The translations under genes were made by a program, and so were the position numbers. The notes below the pieces were generated by a model. It made no database searches and was not told the origin of the DNA. It saw nothing but the letters and a program-made list of their open reading frames with translations. From a virus, in IMG/VR virus record IMGVR_UViG_3300043425_001190, positions 23,298 through 87,297 of that record: 64,000 bases of DNA; one strand, 5' to 3'. This document shows, one piece after another, positions 19,908 through 29,260 of this stretch (position 1 is the stretch's first letter; each line of letters opens with the position of its first letter).

Positions 19908-20767
19908 GATGGTACTTCTGGGGTTGGTGGTGGTGGAACCGGTACAATCGGAGCTCCGGTGGGAACTGGTGGGCCACCAACCCCAGGTCCACCAGAGTTA
20001 AGGTGGGTGTGGGAGTTTACAGATCCGTGTACTGACGTGATGATATCTAGAGCACTTACCGTTGCTGGGGTGATTATAGGCCCTAGCACGGTTAGGCTAC
20101 CTACGACCCAAACGTTGCCAGTAATCACCTGTATGGGTGCGGTAATATGTTTACTGGCGGCGTTCTCGACCACATCACCGACAACAGTAGATTCGCTTGA
20201 CCCGCCAACGTACTCATGTAGGTTTCCAGCAGTGGTATCTTTTCTTTTACCGGTAGATTTAAGATGAACACCAGACTTGCTCATTTTGATGTACGATTTG
20301 TTCTTGTGCGTAAACTGTATTCTTTCCTCTCCCGGCGTGCCATCGTACTCTACCGAGCATCCGCCAAACCCAACAACCGAGTTATCTGGATATTTGGCGG
20401 CATACTCTGAGTCGGATTCTTTACCAAGCTTAACCAGGTCTTCTGAGATTTCGCGAGCCAGAGAGTGCCAGTCAGGTACATCGTTTTCTATACACGATCT
20501 AGACCCGTCGTATATTGGGTGGCTAAGACTGCCGTTATCAAAGTATAGTGTGACTATTGTTCCAACTCGCGGAACCGAGAACATACCAGAGTTGGCACCA
20601 CCACCTAGGAAGGTCGGGGTCTTCTGGTAAGCCCATGGCAACCCGTCAGGGTTTAACTCTGTTGACTGATCAGACAACCCTGGAACATAAATGCGGACAC
20701 GGCCGGTCTTTAACGGGTCTTTGTTGTCGACAACCTTTCCAGTATAATAACCGTGATGGCGCATCAT
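19904..20767 (-). CDS. baseplate spike gp5/gpV-like (OB fold plus beta-helix, no lysozyme)
   Basis: GKVVDNKDPLKTGRVRIYVPG, LPWA, VPRVGTIV, EYDGTPGEERI, apex NSHTH. Confidence 0.85.
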   Translation of the reverse strand: MMRHHGYYTGKVVDNKDPLKTGRVRIYVPGLSDQSTELNPDGLPWAYQKTPTFLGGGANSGMFSVPRVGTIVTLYFDNGSLSHPIYDGSRSCIENDVPDWHSLAREISEDLVKLGKESDSEYAAKYPDNSVVGFGGCSVEYDGTPGEERIQFTHKNKSYIKMSKSGVHLKSTGKRKDTTAGNLHEYVGGSSESTVVGDVVENAASKHITAPIQVITGNVWVVGSLTVLGPIITPATVSALDIITSVHGSVNSHTHLNSGGPGVGGPPVPTGAPIVPVPPPPTPEVPS

Positions 20768-22161
20768 ACAATATAACCTTTTACCGGGGTGCTGATGAAG
20801 TGTGAGTTCTTAACTAGTTTCATCCTAGTGTTAAATCCAGAGTCAGACCAAGACCATGAGATTGTGTGGCACATGTAGTTACCGGCCAGCTGGTTGTTCA
20901 TGTCGTATTTTTTAAACGCTGAGTCACAAGTCACGGTGTATACTCTGCCATGTGAAGCGTTGTATACGCCTTCTTCGGTGGTGACGTCAAGGGACCAAAG
21001 GTCTTCATTCATGCTTCTGGTAAGCTTGTTGCGTACTTCGCGGCTTGTACCCTCGGACATGAAGCTGGCCAGGTTTATCTTTATATTAGAGTCTAGAACC
21101 TTCTCTTTGTGTAACAAAGAACTGGCAGTAGAGGTTTTGTTCTTAGCCTGGTTGAACTGGTCTTTTACTTTCACATCAAAATTTTTAAAAGCCTTCACCG
21201 ATGGGTCGAATGATACCAACCTGTGGTTTGACATTGTGTCCATCATTGTCTGGTGGCTTGGTAGTGAGATGGTTGCGTCTTTGATGTGAATACCAGCAAG
21301 GTGGCCAATGGTATTTGTAACACCGTCGTTTAACATATTCTTGAACACCAAAGGTCTAACGTAGGTATCGTGGTGGTTGTTGATCAACGAGTACATCGTG
21401 TCTAGACAGTATTTCCCGTCTCTGTTTCTCCACAGATAAGTGCCGAATCCGTTATTTTGTGAGGTAATCAGATCCTGGGCCTCGCGCATGATAGACTCGG
21501 CACCGTCACTGAACTGGTATGGAAACAAAAATTTGGTATCCTGGTCAACCCATCTACCGATAGGGTTGTTATCGGACACAGCGGATGCCCACTCATCGTA
21601 GTTGTGGAATTTTTGCGATATAAACTTTTTAAGCCACAGCCCAACGTTATCATCCGTTGGTATAAACGCGTTAACTGTTCCCTGTTGCATCATTCTGGCT
21701 GTGTGTATGTCAACAAGCGAAATTGAGATTGGCTGATCGGTTTTTGCTCCAACAACAGACAGCGACGGATACACTATTTGGTCTGTTGCAAAAATGTAGT
21801 CGAAACTAGCGTCCTCGTACTTCATGTTTTTACCAGACTCTGACTGTGAACGGACGAAATCTTCAATTTTCGGTCTCACCGAAATATACCACTCTTCAAC
21901 ACCGGTAAGAGACGCAAACTCAAACGTTGCGTTATTGTGGTTCTTTATGGTAATAGTTCCAGTAATATAATGGTTATCAATTGACGCTGTGATATCAATT
22001 GACGAAACCAAAGATGAAGGCATCGGGAAAATAAAAGACTGGCCTGGTATTTTAAATCCAACAGATAAATCCCAGTCGTTTGTGTTAAACCGTTTATCTG
22101 AATACTCTGGAATTTTTGATAGCTTATACACCTGATGAGGCCTTAGTTGGTAGGTTTTCAC
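20764..22161 (-). CDS. baseplate hub protein (gp27-like, by position)
   Basis: between gp53 and gp5; C-terminal LAGNYMCHTISWSW hub-like motif. Confidence 0.55.
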   Translation of the reverse strand: MKTYQLRPHQVYKLSKIPEYSDKRFNTNDWDLSVGFKIPGQSFIFPMPSSLVSSIDITASIDNHYITGTITIKNHNNATFEFASLTGVEEWYISVRPKIEDFVRSQSESGKNMKYEDASFDYIFATDQIVYPSLSVVGAKTDQPISISLVDIHTARMMQQGTVNAFIPTDDNVGLWLKKFISQKFHNYDEWASAVSDNNPIGRWVDQDTKFLFPYQFSDGAESIMREAQDLITSQNNGFGTYLWRNRDGKYCLDTMYSLINNHHDTYVRPLVFKNMLNDGVTNTIGHLAGIHIKDATISLPSHQTMMDTMSNHRLVSFDPSVKAFKNFDVKVKDQFNQAKNKTSTASSLLHKEKVLDSNIKINLASFMSEGTSREVRNKLTRSMNEDLWSLDVTTEEGVYNASHGRVYTVTCDSAFKKYDMNNQLAGNYMCHTISWSWSDSGFNTRMKLVKNSHFISTPVKGYIV

Positions 22162-22516
22162 GAACTTCTTTAAGAATCAGAAACATCAGGCTTTTTGGTA
22201 GTACTTTTATAGTATCACCAACCAGTGGAAGTTCGGTAAACGGGTTTATTACCGAGTTGAACTGGGCTAGCAACCACCAAAACTTGGTGTCTCCATAGAG
22301 TTTATACGAAATAAATGGCCAGTTGTCGTTATTGGTTACTGTATATAGACCAACTTCGGTAGATTCGTTAACCCCAACAAAGTCAATATTACCAATCGGG
22401 TTGTGTAAAAAAACCTCATCTATTAGGTGTACCGGCAGCAGGTTCAACCTTGAGTGAACCGGCACGAAAGTACCAGTACCCATTTCGTCGGCAGAGTATC
22501 CTAGTTCATCGCTCAT
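22124..22516 (-). CDS. baseplate wedge gp53-like (LysM-type)
   Basis: YTVTNNDNWPFISYKLYGDTKFWWLLAQFNSVINPF. Confidence 0.85.
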   Translation of the reverse strand: MSDELGYSADEMGTGTFVPVHSRLNLLPVHLIDEVFLHNPIGNIDFVGVNESTEVGLYTVTNNDNWPFISYKLYGDTKFWWLLAQFNSVINPFTELPLVGDTIKVLPKSLMFLILKEVRENLPTKASSGV

Positions 22517-23691
22517 TTGTTGCCCTTGTAGTTTTTAGATAGTTCCTCAAACGTAGCAGTAGAACTCTTTGATTCAGATGCTGAGCCCAGGTTTATGCCG
22601 CCTTTATCGGCGAAAGCCCCTTTACCGATATACTTGTTTACCACGGTAACCCCGTTTATACTACCACCATGCCCGGCAGCGTACAGCTCTTGTGAAACCA
22701 TTACTAACTCTTTGAACGAGACGTTCAGTTTATATGCTTGCGGAGCCTTAAACTGGCTATCACCACCAAACGAACCCATTTGCTGAGCCAACCCATAAAA
22801 GCTGGTCGTGCCATAGTGACCGGTCGGCCAGTTGGCTATCGCTTTTGCTGGTACCTTCCTATCAACAAAATACCCAACGCTGGCTACCGTAAGGTTATTC
22901 ACGGCAACAAACGGGCACCAATAAAACCCAGGTATTTTAAGTTCGAAAACGTTTGGTGAATAGCGGTATAAATTTTGGTGGCTGTGTCTAATAGCCATAT
23001 TCAGACCATGAATCAGTCTCAAGTTCTGTATAAAGTTTTCATCGGTATCGTTGATCAGGTTTATCTCAACATTGTCGATGGTGTTTGACGACCCAGTCCA
23101 GCTTTGGCCCATTTCTCTGTTGATCGGCATGAGATTCATGAAACTCTTTAACGTGGAAATACCACTGAACATACCAGTAATTGACGACATCATATCAGCG
23201 TCTGACCACTCGGATTGCACACCATATCCAACCTTCTCGGTTATTGGGATACGGTATACATTTGTATATCTACCAGGGTACAGTGATTTAAACGCCTCAA
23301 TGTATGAAGATAACTCCATATTAACATCACCGATACCGTTAACCACCCTGTCTGATGAAAGTTTATGTATCGAGTCAAGTAGGTTTCCGTCGGCGGCTGT
23401 CATCCCGTTAGCAAACGCCTTACCAATGGCTGAACCAGAGGCAAACGCGGTGTTAAACGTTTGTTCAATTTGGGTCAACACAGTGTTCATTGACCGGTCT
23501 AAGGCAATTTCGGTTAGCTCAATATATGGATGGCGGCTGTGATCGCCAAGGTGTGGCACATCAAACGTGGTAGATGAGGTTTGGACGGTTTGTGTTTTGG
23601 CCGTTTCACTAATCTCGTTGGCGATCTTTACAGCACCAGATGTGGTTTGTGGGACCTTAATCGGCGATACCGGTGTTTTTTCGTCTGCCAT
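22513..23691 (-). CDS. baseplate tail-tube cap (gp48-like)
   Basis: YSPNVFELKIPG, YKLNVSFKEL; position after tape measure. Confidence 0.55.
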   Translation of the reverse strand: MADEKTPVSPIKVPQTTSGAVKIANEISETAKTQTVQTSSTTFDVPHLGDHSRHPYIELTEIALDRSMNTVLTQIEQTFNTAFASGSAIGKAFANGMTAADGNLLDSIHKLSSDRVVNGIGDVNMELSSYIEAFKSLYPGRYTNVYRIPITEKVGYGVQSEWSDADMMSSITGMFSGISTLKSFMNLMPINREMGQSWTGSSNTIDNVEINLINDTDENFIQNLRLIHGLNMAIRHSHQNLYRYSPNVFELKIPGFYWCPFVAVNNLTVASVGYFVDRKVPAKAIANWPTGHYGTTSFYGLAQQMGSFGGDSQFKAPQAYKLNVSFKELVMVSQELYAAGHGGSINGVTVVNKYIGKGAFADKGGINLGSASESKSSTATFEELSKNYKGNK

Positions 23692-23693
23692 TG

Positions 23694-25718
23694 TTATCTA
23701 CCTCTGATTTCGTTTCGGCTATTCTTGGCTACCGGTGGGTTTGTTACAGTGATAACCGGTGCCGAAGCCGCCTGGACCATTGGTTTCGGGTCTGGCTTAG
23801 CTACCATTGCCTCAGCGGCTGCGGCCGATTTATTTGTTGCTTCTGTCATTTTATCCATTTTTTCAGCAAGTTTATTGAGAGCGGCTTGGCTGGCTACTGT
23901 GTCGGTCTGCACTCGCGGTATAATTTTTAGGCCGGCTATTCTACTTGCCTCGGCAGCAGACAGGCTAGACTGTTTAAGGGCTGTCTCGTTGGTGCCGCCC
24001 TTCAACTTGCTGATATCAGCCGCCGACAACCCCTTTTCGGTTCCATATTTGTCTAACTGCTTAATATACTCGCTGTCTATATCAGAAGCACCGGACCTCT
24101 TTGCCTTGTCATAAGCATATTTTCTTATTTCCTCAGCATCGGCCCCAGTGCTTTTGTTAAAGGCAATGTTTAGTTTTGCAGCTCTTTCTTCGTTAGCTTT
24201 GTCGGTGGCTGCTTGCTGCCTTTCGGCTGCTGAAGGGCCAATATGCAAAAGGTCTTTAATACCTTGTACAATATCACCAAAACCACCACTAAACAGCTCT
24301 TTTAGGTATTTCCACCCGTTTTCAACCGATGCGGCAAACTCTGGAAATAGTGATTTTACACCATCCCATAATAGTTCGAACGCCTTTGTTAACGGGTAGA
24401 ACGTTAGCTTAATAAAACCAATCAACATATCCGGTATGCGCTTTAAGAAAGCCGGAACAGCCTCCATCAAAAACCCAGCAGCGAAAAGGAACATTACCGG
24501 GATTGATACAAACACTTTTTCGATGGTTGACGCAATACCGGTGATGACACCACTGATAATTTCAGGAATCGCTGATACTACCATACCGGCAATATTGGCA
24601 AATCTCATTAGGCCACCGGCAGCGGCGGTAAGGCTAGACCCTGCCTTACCAAGTACGGCAGCTCCTGGGCCACCCTTCATGCCAAGAGATTCTCTCTTTT
24701 TCATGTTGTCGAGCATGGCCTCGGCTTGCTCTCTTCGTTTATCTGACAGACCCTCTTTTACTGAGTATGATTCATTACCATCTTCGTCTACGTTTTTCTC
24801 TAGATCCCGCGAGGCAATGGCCATCCGCAGGGCGTCAGCAGCATTGGCCATAACACCAGCAGCGATTTCGGTTTCTTTATACTCTTCTTTGTCAGTTTTG
24901 GATTTTTCACCGTTTTGGTCAGCTTTAGCCGAGTCGCCAACAAGACCAACCCTGGACAGAAACCCAGCTACACCAGTTAGGTTAGCGGTGTTTGGTTCCT
25001 TTGATGAGGCGGTAGCACCACGTAAAGTTTCGGCGTTTGATTTTACCATTTTATCAACTGCATCAACCAGCGTGCCAACTTTTTCAGATAGAACATCAAC
25101 CGACACACTTTGTGTTGGTTGGATAACATTACCTGGCGAGGCCGCTGGTGTGGCAGCTTTAGCTGTATTACTTGGGATTTTGTTGATAGCCATAATCAGT
25201 TTATCTTTAGCGTCGTCAGCGTTTTCATAGTACGCCGTCATACCATCGGTAACAGCTCCGGCCATGCCGGATTTTGTAACCATGGTTTCTTTTAGAAAGG
25301 TGGATATAACCACAAGCTCTGAGGCAGAATCTGCCGACCGGTTTTTAATTGCTGTCAACTCATCCGCTTGTGGCTTATCAATGGCCACCATTTGCAGCTG
25401 TTTATCTGGTGTGGACAGCTTAATATTACCAACTGCCTGCGAAACAGCTCTTTCTATACTTTTAATGCCGTCTGATGAAACTTTTGACTCAACCGAGTTG
25501 AGGTTCTTCATCACCTGGGTGAGCAACTTTTCCGTACCAGAAACCATATTATTAGTTGCTGTAAACATCTCGTTAGCCTTGGCAATCGACTCGGCCGAGG
25601 CCTTGGTGGCCGCGTTGACGTTCGATACAGTAGCCTCCGAAGAGGTAGTAATCTCTTTGGTATACTGGTTGATGGTTTCAACCAGAGTGTCTAGGCTTAC
25701 TGGGGTTGGGTCGGGCAT
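23694..25718 (-). CDS. tape measure protein (gp29-like)
   Basis: 674 aa, Ala-rich helical with central hydrophobic segment; follows gp26/gp51-like genes. Confidence 0.65.
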   Translation of the reverse strand: MPDPTPVSLDTLVETINQYTKEITTSSEATVSNVNAATKASAESIAKANEMFTATNNMVSGTEKLLTQVMKNLNSVESKVSSDGIKSIERAVSQAVGNIKLSTPDKQLQMVAIDKPQADELTAIKNRSADSASELVVISTFLKETMVTKSGMAGAVTDGMTAYYENADDAKDKLIMAINKIPSNTAKAATPAASPGNVIQPTQSVSVDVLSEKVGTLVDAVDKMVKSNAETLRGATASSKEPNTANLTGVAGFLSRVGLVGDSAKADQNGEKSKTDKEEYKETEIAAGVMANAADALRMAIASRDLEKNVDEDGNESYSVKEGLSDKRREQAEAMLDNMKKRESLGMKGGPGAAVLGKAGSSLTAAAGGLMRFANIAGMVVSAIPEIISGVITGIASTIEKVFVSIPVMFLFAAGFLMEAVPAFLKRIPDMLIGFIKLTFYPLTKAFELLWDGVKSLFPEFAASVENGWKYLKELFSGGFGDIVQGIKDLLHIGPSAAERQQAATDKANEERAAKLNIAFNKSTGADAEEIRKYAYDKAKRSGASDIDSEYIKQLDKYGTEKGLSAADISKLKGGTNETALKQSSLSAAEASRIAGLKIIPRVQTDTVASQAALNKLAEKMDKMTEATNKSAAAAEAMVAKPDPKPMVQAASAPVITVTNPPVAKNSRNEIRGR

Positions 25719-25975
25719 TTTATCATCCTGTTAATCTCTGATGTGTCGTATGACTGCGCTGGCTCGTCATCTCCCTGGCCGGTATTTACCCCATCCTCTT
25801 TCGCCTTCTTTATCTCGTCAATGTGTTTATCCACATAATAGTTGATGTCGTTTAGCGAGGTTCGGTAAAACCCAGCTAACGGTTGGTTGAACTCTTTCAT
25901 AAAAAGATAAGATACATCAAGCAGATATGCTATCTCTTGGTATATGGCGTCGAGGTCTCCTAACCTTAACGCCAC
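25697..25975 (-). CDS. gp51-like baseplate hub assembly protein
   Basis: small helical ORF right after gp26-like gene. Confidence 0.5.
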   Translation of the reverse strand: MALRLGDLDAIYQEIAYLLDVSYLFMKEFNQPLAGFYRTSLNDINYYVDKHIDEIKKAKEDGVNTGQGDDEPAQSYDTSEINRMIKCPTQPQ

Positions 25976-26799
25976 ACCACAAAAAAATCCTTATCCAACA
26001 AATTAGAGATCACCTTGTACTTGTTAGTGCACGATTCACATGTGACGTCGTTTACCTTCACCAGCTTTGAAATCTCCTTTGATATGTTGGCAATATTCAT
26101 CTCGGAGATCCGGTTTACCACGATGTTTGGCAACGACAGCATAACCTTAATTTTATCAGCGAGAGGTCTACCATCAAAACTCATACTAACCTCACCGATT
26201 TTAATTGCCGAAATGGTGGATGCCATAATCAACACGTTTTTGACCTGGTCGATATCCTCCTTACTCATGTCACCGAACGCCTTTTTGTCGGCAAAATAAC
26301 TGGCAATGTAAGACTCTAGGTTTTTATTGATTTCTTTTACGTCACCGTATAGAGGGTGGTTTACGTCAACTGAAATCCTACCACACTCAGCATGCATCGG
26401 GTATTCAACTTCGGCAATGGCCGAGTAGTATGCCTGCATTACCCCGTCAACAATCATGTCGATTTTAAGCTGATTTGGGTTCTTGCAAACGGGACACTCG
26501 CTAGTCATGTTGATCTCTGGACCATAAGCCGTTACTCTGGTGTGGGCCAAAAGGAAACTTACGTCCCAATCCGGTAGCGCATTAATATCAATTGACTGGT
26601 CGACTAATGTTCTCTTGACCAAATCAACACTTCGTTCAACTTTTTTTGATGAGTCGGCTGATACCGACTTTAAGGTATCAAGTCTGTGTTTAGCTGTAAT
26701 ATCTCTAGTTTTGATTTCAAGTTTCGATACCGGAAGCTTAACTTCATGTGCAAAGTCGTCTGACTCCATAGCGGCCAAAAGGTCTTTAATATCCGACAT
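25966..26799 (-). CDS. baseplate hub assembly chaperone gp26-like
   Basis: VKLPVSKLEIKTR, DVSFLLAHTRVTAYG, CPVC, CESC, terminal DFF. Confidence 0.8.
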   Translation of the reverse strand: MSDIKDLLAAMESDDFAHEVKLPVSKLEIKTRDITAKHRLDTLKSVSADSSKKVERSVDLVKRTLVDQSIDINALPDWDVSFLLAHTRVTAYGPEINMTSECPVCKNPNQLKIDMIVDGVMQAYYSAIAEVEYPMHAECGRISVDVNHPLYGDVKEINKNLESYIASYFADKKAFGDMSKEDIDQVKNVLIMASTISAIKIGEVSMSFDGRPLADKIKVMLSLPNIVVNRISEMNIANISKEISKLVKVNDVTCESCTNKYKVISNLLDKDFFVVWR

Positions 26800-26827
26800 A
26801 CTCTACTCCTAGGTTGATCCGAAGGAT

Positions 26828-28423
26828 TTACCGCAGAGATAGAATTTCGTCAACCTCTTTTTCTACCTCTTTGAGCTCCGCCAATGAGAAAGGCGCTGTA
26901 TACGCTCCACCAACCCTTTTCTGTTGCGCAGAGGTGAAGTGCCCTATTAGCTCTCCTACGTCGAGACCGGTTTCCTTCCATCCAACAAGGTAGTTGAACA
27001 GTTTGTCTCTAACAGGGTTAGGGAATGTGTGGTTGCCAACACGTTTAAACCTGTGAACCCATCTTATCCATGGTAGGCACATTACTTTATGTCCAGCGTT
27101 ACGGTATTTCTGGTGGATATATCCTTCCTCACCACCCCACGATCTAAAATGCTTGCTGAAGCCAGGCCATGATCTTTTGGCCGCCATAAACAGACCCATT
27201 CCATGCATCGGAATCTCAAACGGGATGTTGTCACGCCTTGTTTTCTCCGTCCATTTTCCAAAGAACAGTTCGTTCCATACAGGATCCATATGGCTAGCCC
27301 AGTCGTTTCCCATATGATCAACCAGTATGCCATGATATAGGTCATCGGTTATTGGTTCTAGCAGAAATTGTTGTAATTTGTCAGCCCCGTCTGGGTTCAG
27401 TAAAACATGGCAATCAATCACCAGAACATAATCGCTTGTCGCCAGGTTAAACAGCTCGCTACGAATTGATGTGGACTTCTTTTCGGTGTGGGTAATATAT
27501 CTGACAACGCCGCCACCTAGGGTTGCCGTCAATTTACCATCTTCACTATCTGGGTTATTATCTAAAATAATAACTTCGTTTATCAACTTTTTGAACGGTC
27601 CGTTCATCAATGATGCCAACGAAAAGAAGACACCCTGATAATCATCATAGCACGCCATACCAACAGTAAGAGTGGCCTGCCGTATTGTCTTTGGCTCTTT
27701 AAATTTTCTGACTTTATTATACTGGTCAGAGTTATTGGTATTGTTAACCAGGTCGTTTAGGCATACACGGCCAGATTTTATGGACCCGTTGTCCATAGCC
27801 GATTTGACAGTACTCTTTATTCTTTGCTCCCGGCCTTCGATATCGCCAAACACTGAGGCGCTGTATATGTTGCTACCAACCCGGTAAACAAGAAGACCTT
27901 CGGTCAGCGGTTTAAAACGTTTAACTCTAGAACCACTTTCCATCTTCGTTCTGGTGGTTTGGTCAAAGTCGTACTGGTGGGTGTTGAACGAGTATCCTCC
28001 CCTTTCAACAAGAGTCTTCTTATTATACATCACCCAGTTTGGGGCGGTAGACTCGGTGATACTATGGATGTTGCCAGCGTTTTGCAAGCAATACCCATGC
28101 GGAGATACCACATCATATTCGGCTGTCTTAATAATTGCCTCATAGGACCCCAGTACCCACGGCATCCAAACATCGTCATCATCAAGAACCGTTACATATT
28201 CGCCAGTTGTATACCCGACAGCTATATTATGGGCGTCTGGAAGATTTGGTCTAAAATCTAGGTTATACACTTTAATGTTATCGTACCCATCTAAAACTAG
28301 ATGCTGATCAACATTGGTGTTTAGTATTACTAACTCGGAGTTTATTACATTCTGGTCTAGGAAAGATCGTATAGTTTCCGGAAGTGAAACCCTGCCGTAC
28401 ACCACACATATGACGGATATCAT
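26828..28423 (-). CDS. two-domain GT-A glycosyltransferase (GT2 plus ppGalNAc-T-like domain)
   Basis: domain 1: ISVICVVYGR, SFLDQ, GEYVTVLDDDD; domain 2: IILDNN, VLVIDCH, GMGLF, SWGGEE, WVHRF. Confidence 0.85.
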   Translation of the reverse strand: MISVICVVYGRVSLPETIRSFLDQNVINSELVILNTNVDQHLVLDGYDNIKVYNLDFRPNLPDAHNIAVGYTTGEYVTVLDDDDVWMPWVLGSYEAIIKTAEYDVVSPHGYCLQNAGNIHSITESTAPNWVMYNKKTLVERGGYSFNTHQYDFDQTTRTKMESGSRVKRFKPLTEGLLVYRVGSNIYSASVFGDIEGREQRIKSTVKSAMDNGSIKSGRVCLNDLVNNTNNSDQYNKVRKFKEPKTIRQATLTVGMACYDDYQGVFFSLASLMNGPFKKLINEVIILDNNPDSEDGKLTATLGGGVVRYITHTEKKSTSIRSELFNLATSDYVLVIDCHVLLNPDGADKLQQFLLEPITDDLYHGILVDHMGNDWASHMDPVWNELFFGKWTEKTRRDNIPFEIPMHGMGLFMAAKRSWPGFSKHFRSWGGEEGYIHQKYRNAGHKVMCLPWIRWVHRFKRVGNHTFPNPVRDKLFNYLVGWKETGLDVGELIGHFTSAQQKRVGGAYTAPFSLAELKEVEKEVDEILSLR

Positions 28424-29250
28424 AAGGTCACAGTCAGGGTTACTGAGTTATCATAATCGCCGTTAAACAGCATGTTTGATGAACCAATCGGTACCACAAA
28501 ACTTGACATTTGGCCACCTTGAGCACCAGGTAACGCCGGGTATGCTGGGTACATATAGAACTCACCAATATGTACAGTTACCGTGTACGTGTCCCAGTTA
28601 ATGGTAAACCCAAAGGTTCCGGCCTCTAGGTTACCAGTGTCATACTGGTATGTTCCGTTACTGACGGTTGATACCGCCACCGATCCCGATGTTGAGAAGG
28701 CCGACGCTGGCGCGTACCCTGGACTATATGAAAACGAGAACATAATCGGCGAGGATCTTGGCTGTAAAGGTGGCTCCGTTGTCACAGGTGGCGGCTCGGT
28801 AGTGACAGGTGGCGGCTCCGTTGTCACAGGTGGCGGCTCGGTAGTGACAGGTGGCGGTTCAGTAGTGACAGGTGGCGGCTCCGTTGTCACAGGTGGCGGC
28901 TCGGTAGTGACAGGTGGCGGCTCGGTAGTGACAGGTGGCGGCTCGGTAGTGACAGGTGGCGGCTCGGTAGTGACAGGTGGCGGCTCAGTAGTGACAGGTG
29001 GCGGCTCGGTAGTGACAGGTGGCGGCTCGGTAGTGACAGGTGGCGGCGGAGGTTTTGGCCTACTAGATACAGCTCCACCCTGACTTGGTATATCGTTATT
29101 GTCGGATTTGACGGCCGATAGAAGCCACCTTCTGTCAGAGATTGCCTTCTGCATTACACCCTGTAAAGAAGACGAAACGGTAGTTTCGCTGGCCAAACGG
29201 CTGAGCGGGGTTGATCTCTGTGTTGGTCCGTTGCCGTACGCTCTTAGCAT
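28420..29250 (-). CDS. mucin-like Pro/Thr-rich repeat protein
   Basis: AGGA RBS before ATG 29250; about 13x PPPVTTE then beta-rich C-terminal domain; stop overlaps GT start (ATGA). Confidence 0.75.
   Translation of the reverse strand: MLRAYGNGPTQRSTPLSRLASETTVSSSLQGVMQKAISDRRWLLSAVKSDNNDIPSQGGAVSSRPKPPPPPVTTEPPPVTTEPPPVTTEPPPVTTEPPPVTTEPPPVTTEPPPVTTEPPPVTTEPPPVTTEPPPVTTEPPPVTTEPPPVTTEPPPVTTEPPLQPRSSPIMFSFSYSPGYAPASAFSTSGSVAVSTVSNGTYQYDTGNLEAGTFGFTINWDTYTVTVHIGEFYMYPAYPALPGAQGGQMSSFVVPIGSSNMLFNGDYDNSVTLTVTL
28769..29047. repeat. 21-bp tandem repeat, about 13 copies (GGTGGCGGCTCGGTAGTGACA)
   Basis: directly visible; variants differ only at synonymous positions of the minus-strand PPPVTTE frame. 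Confidence 0.95.
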
Positions 29251-29260
29251 ATTATGTCCT

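Noticed and set aside
24436-25734. long plus-strand ORFs opposite the tape measure gene (and similar ones opposite fibre genes at 48010-53939)
   Set aside because: Antisense shadows of clearly assignable minus-strand genes.
28769-29047. 21-bp repeat array as a CRISPR array, or the plus-strand GGGSVVT ORF (28583..29083) as the real gene
   Set aside because: There are no unique spacers. The minus-strand frame has an RBS, is co-oriented with the operon and is coupled to the GT.
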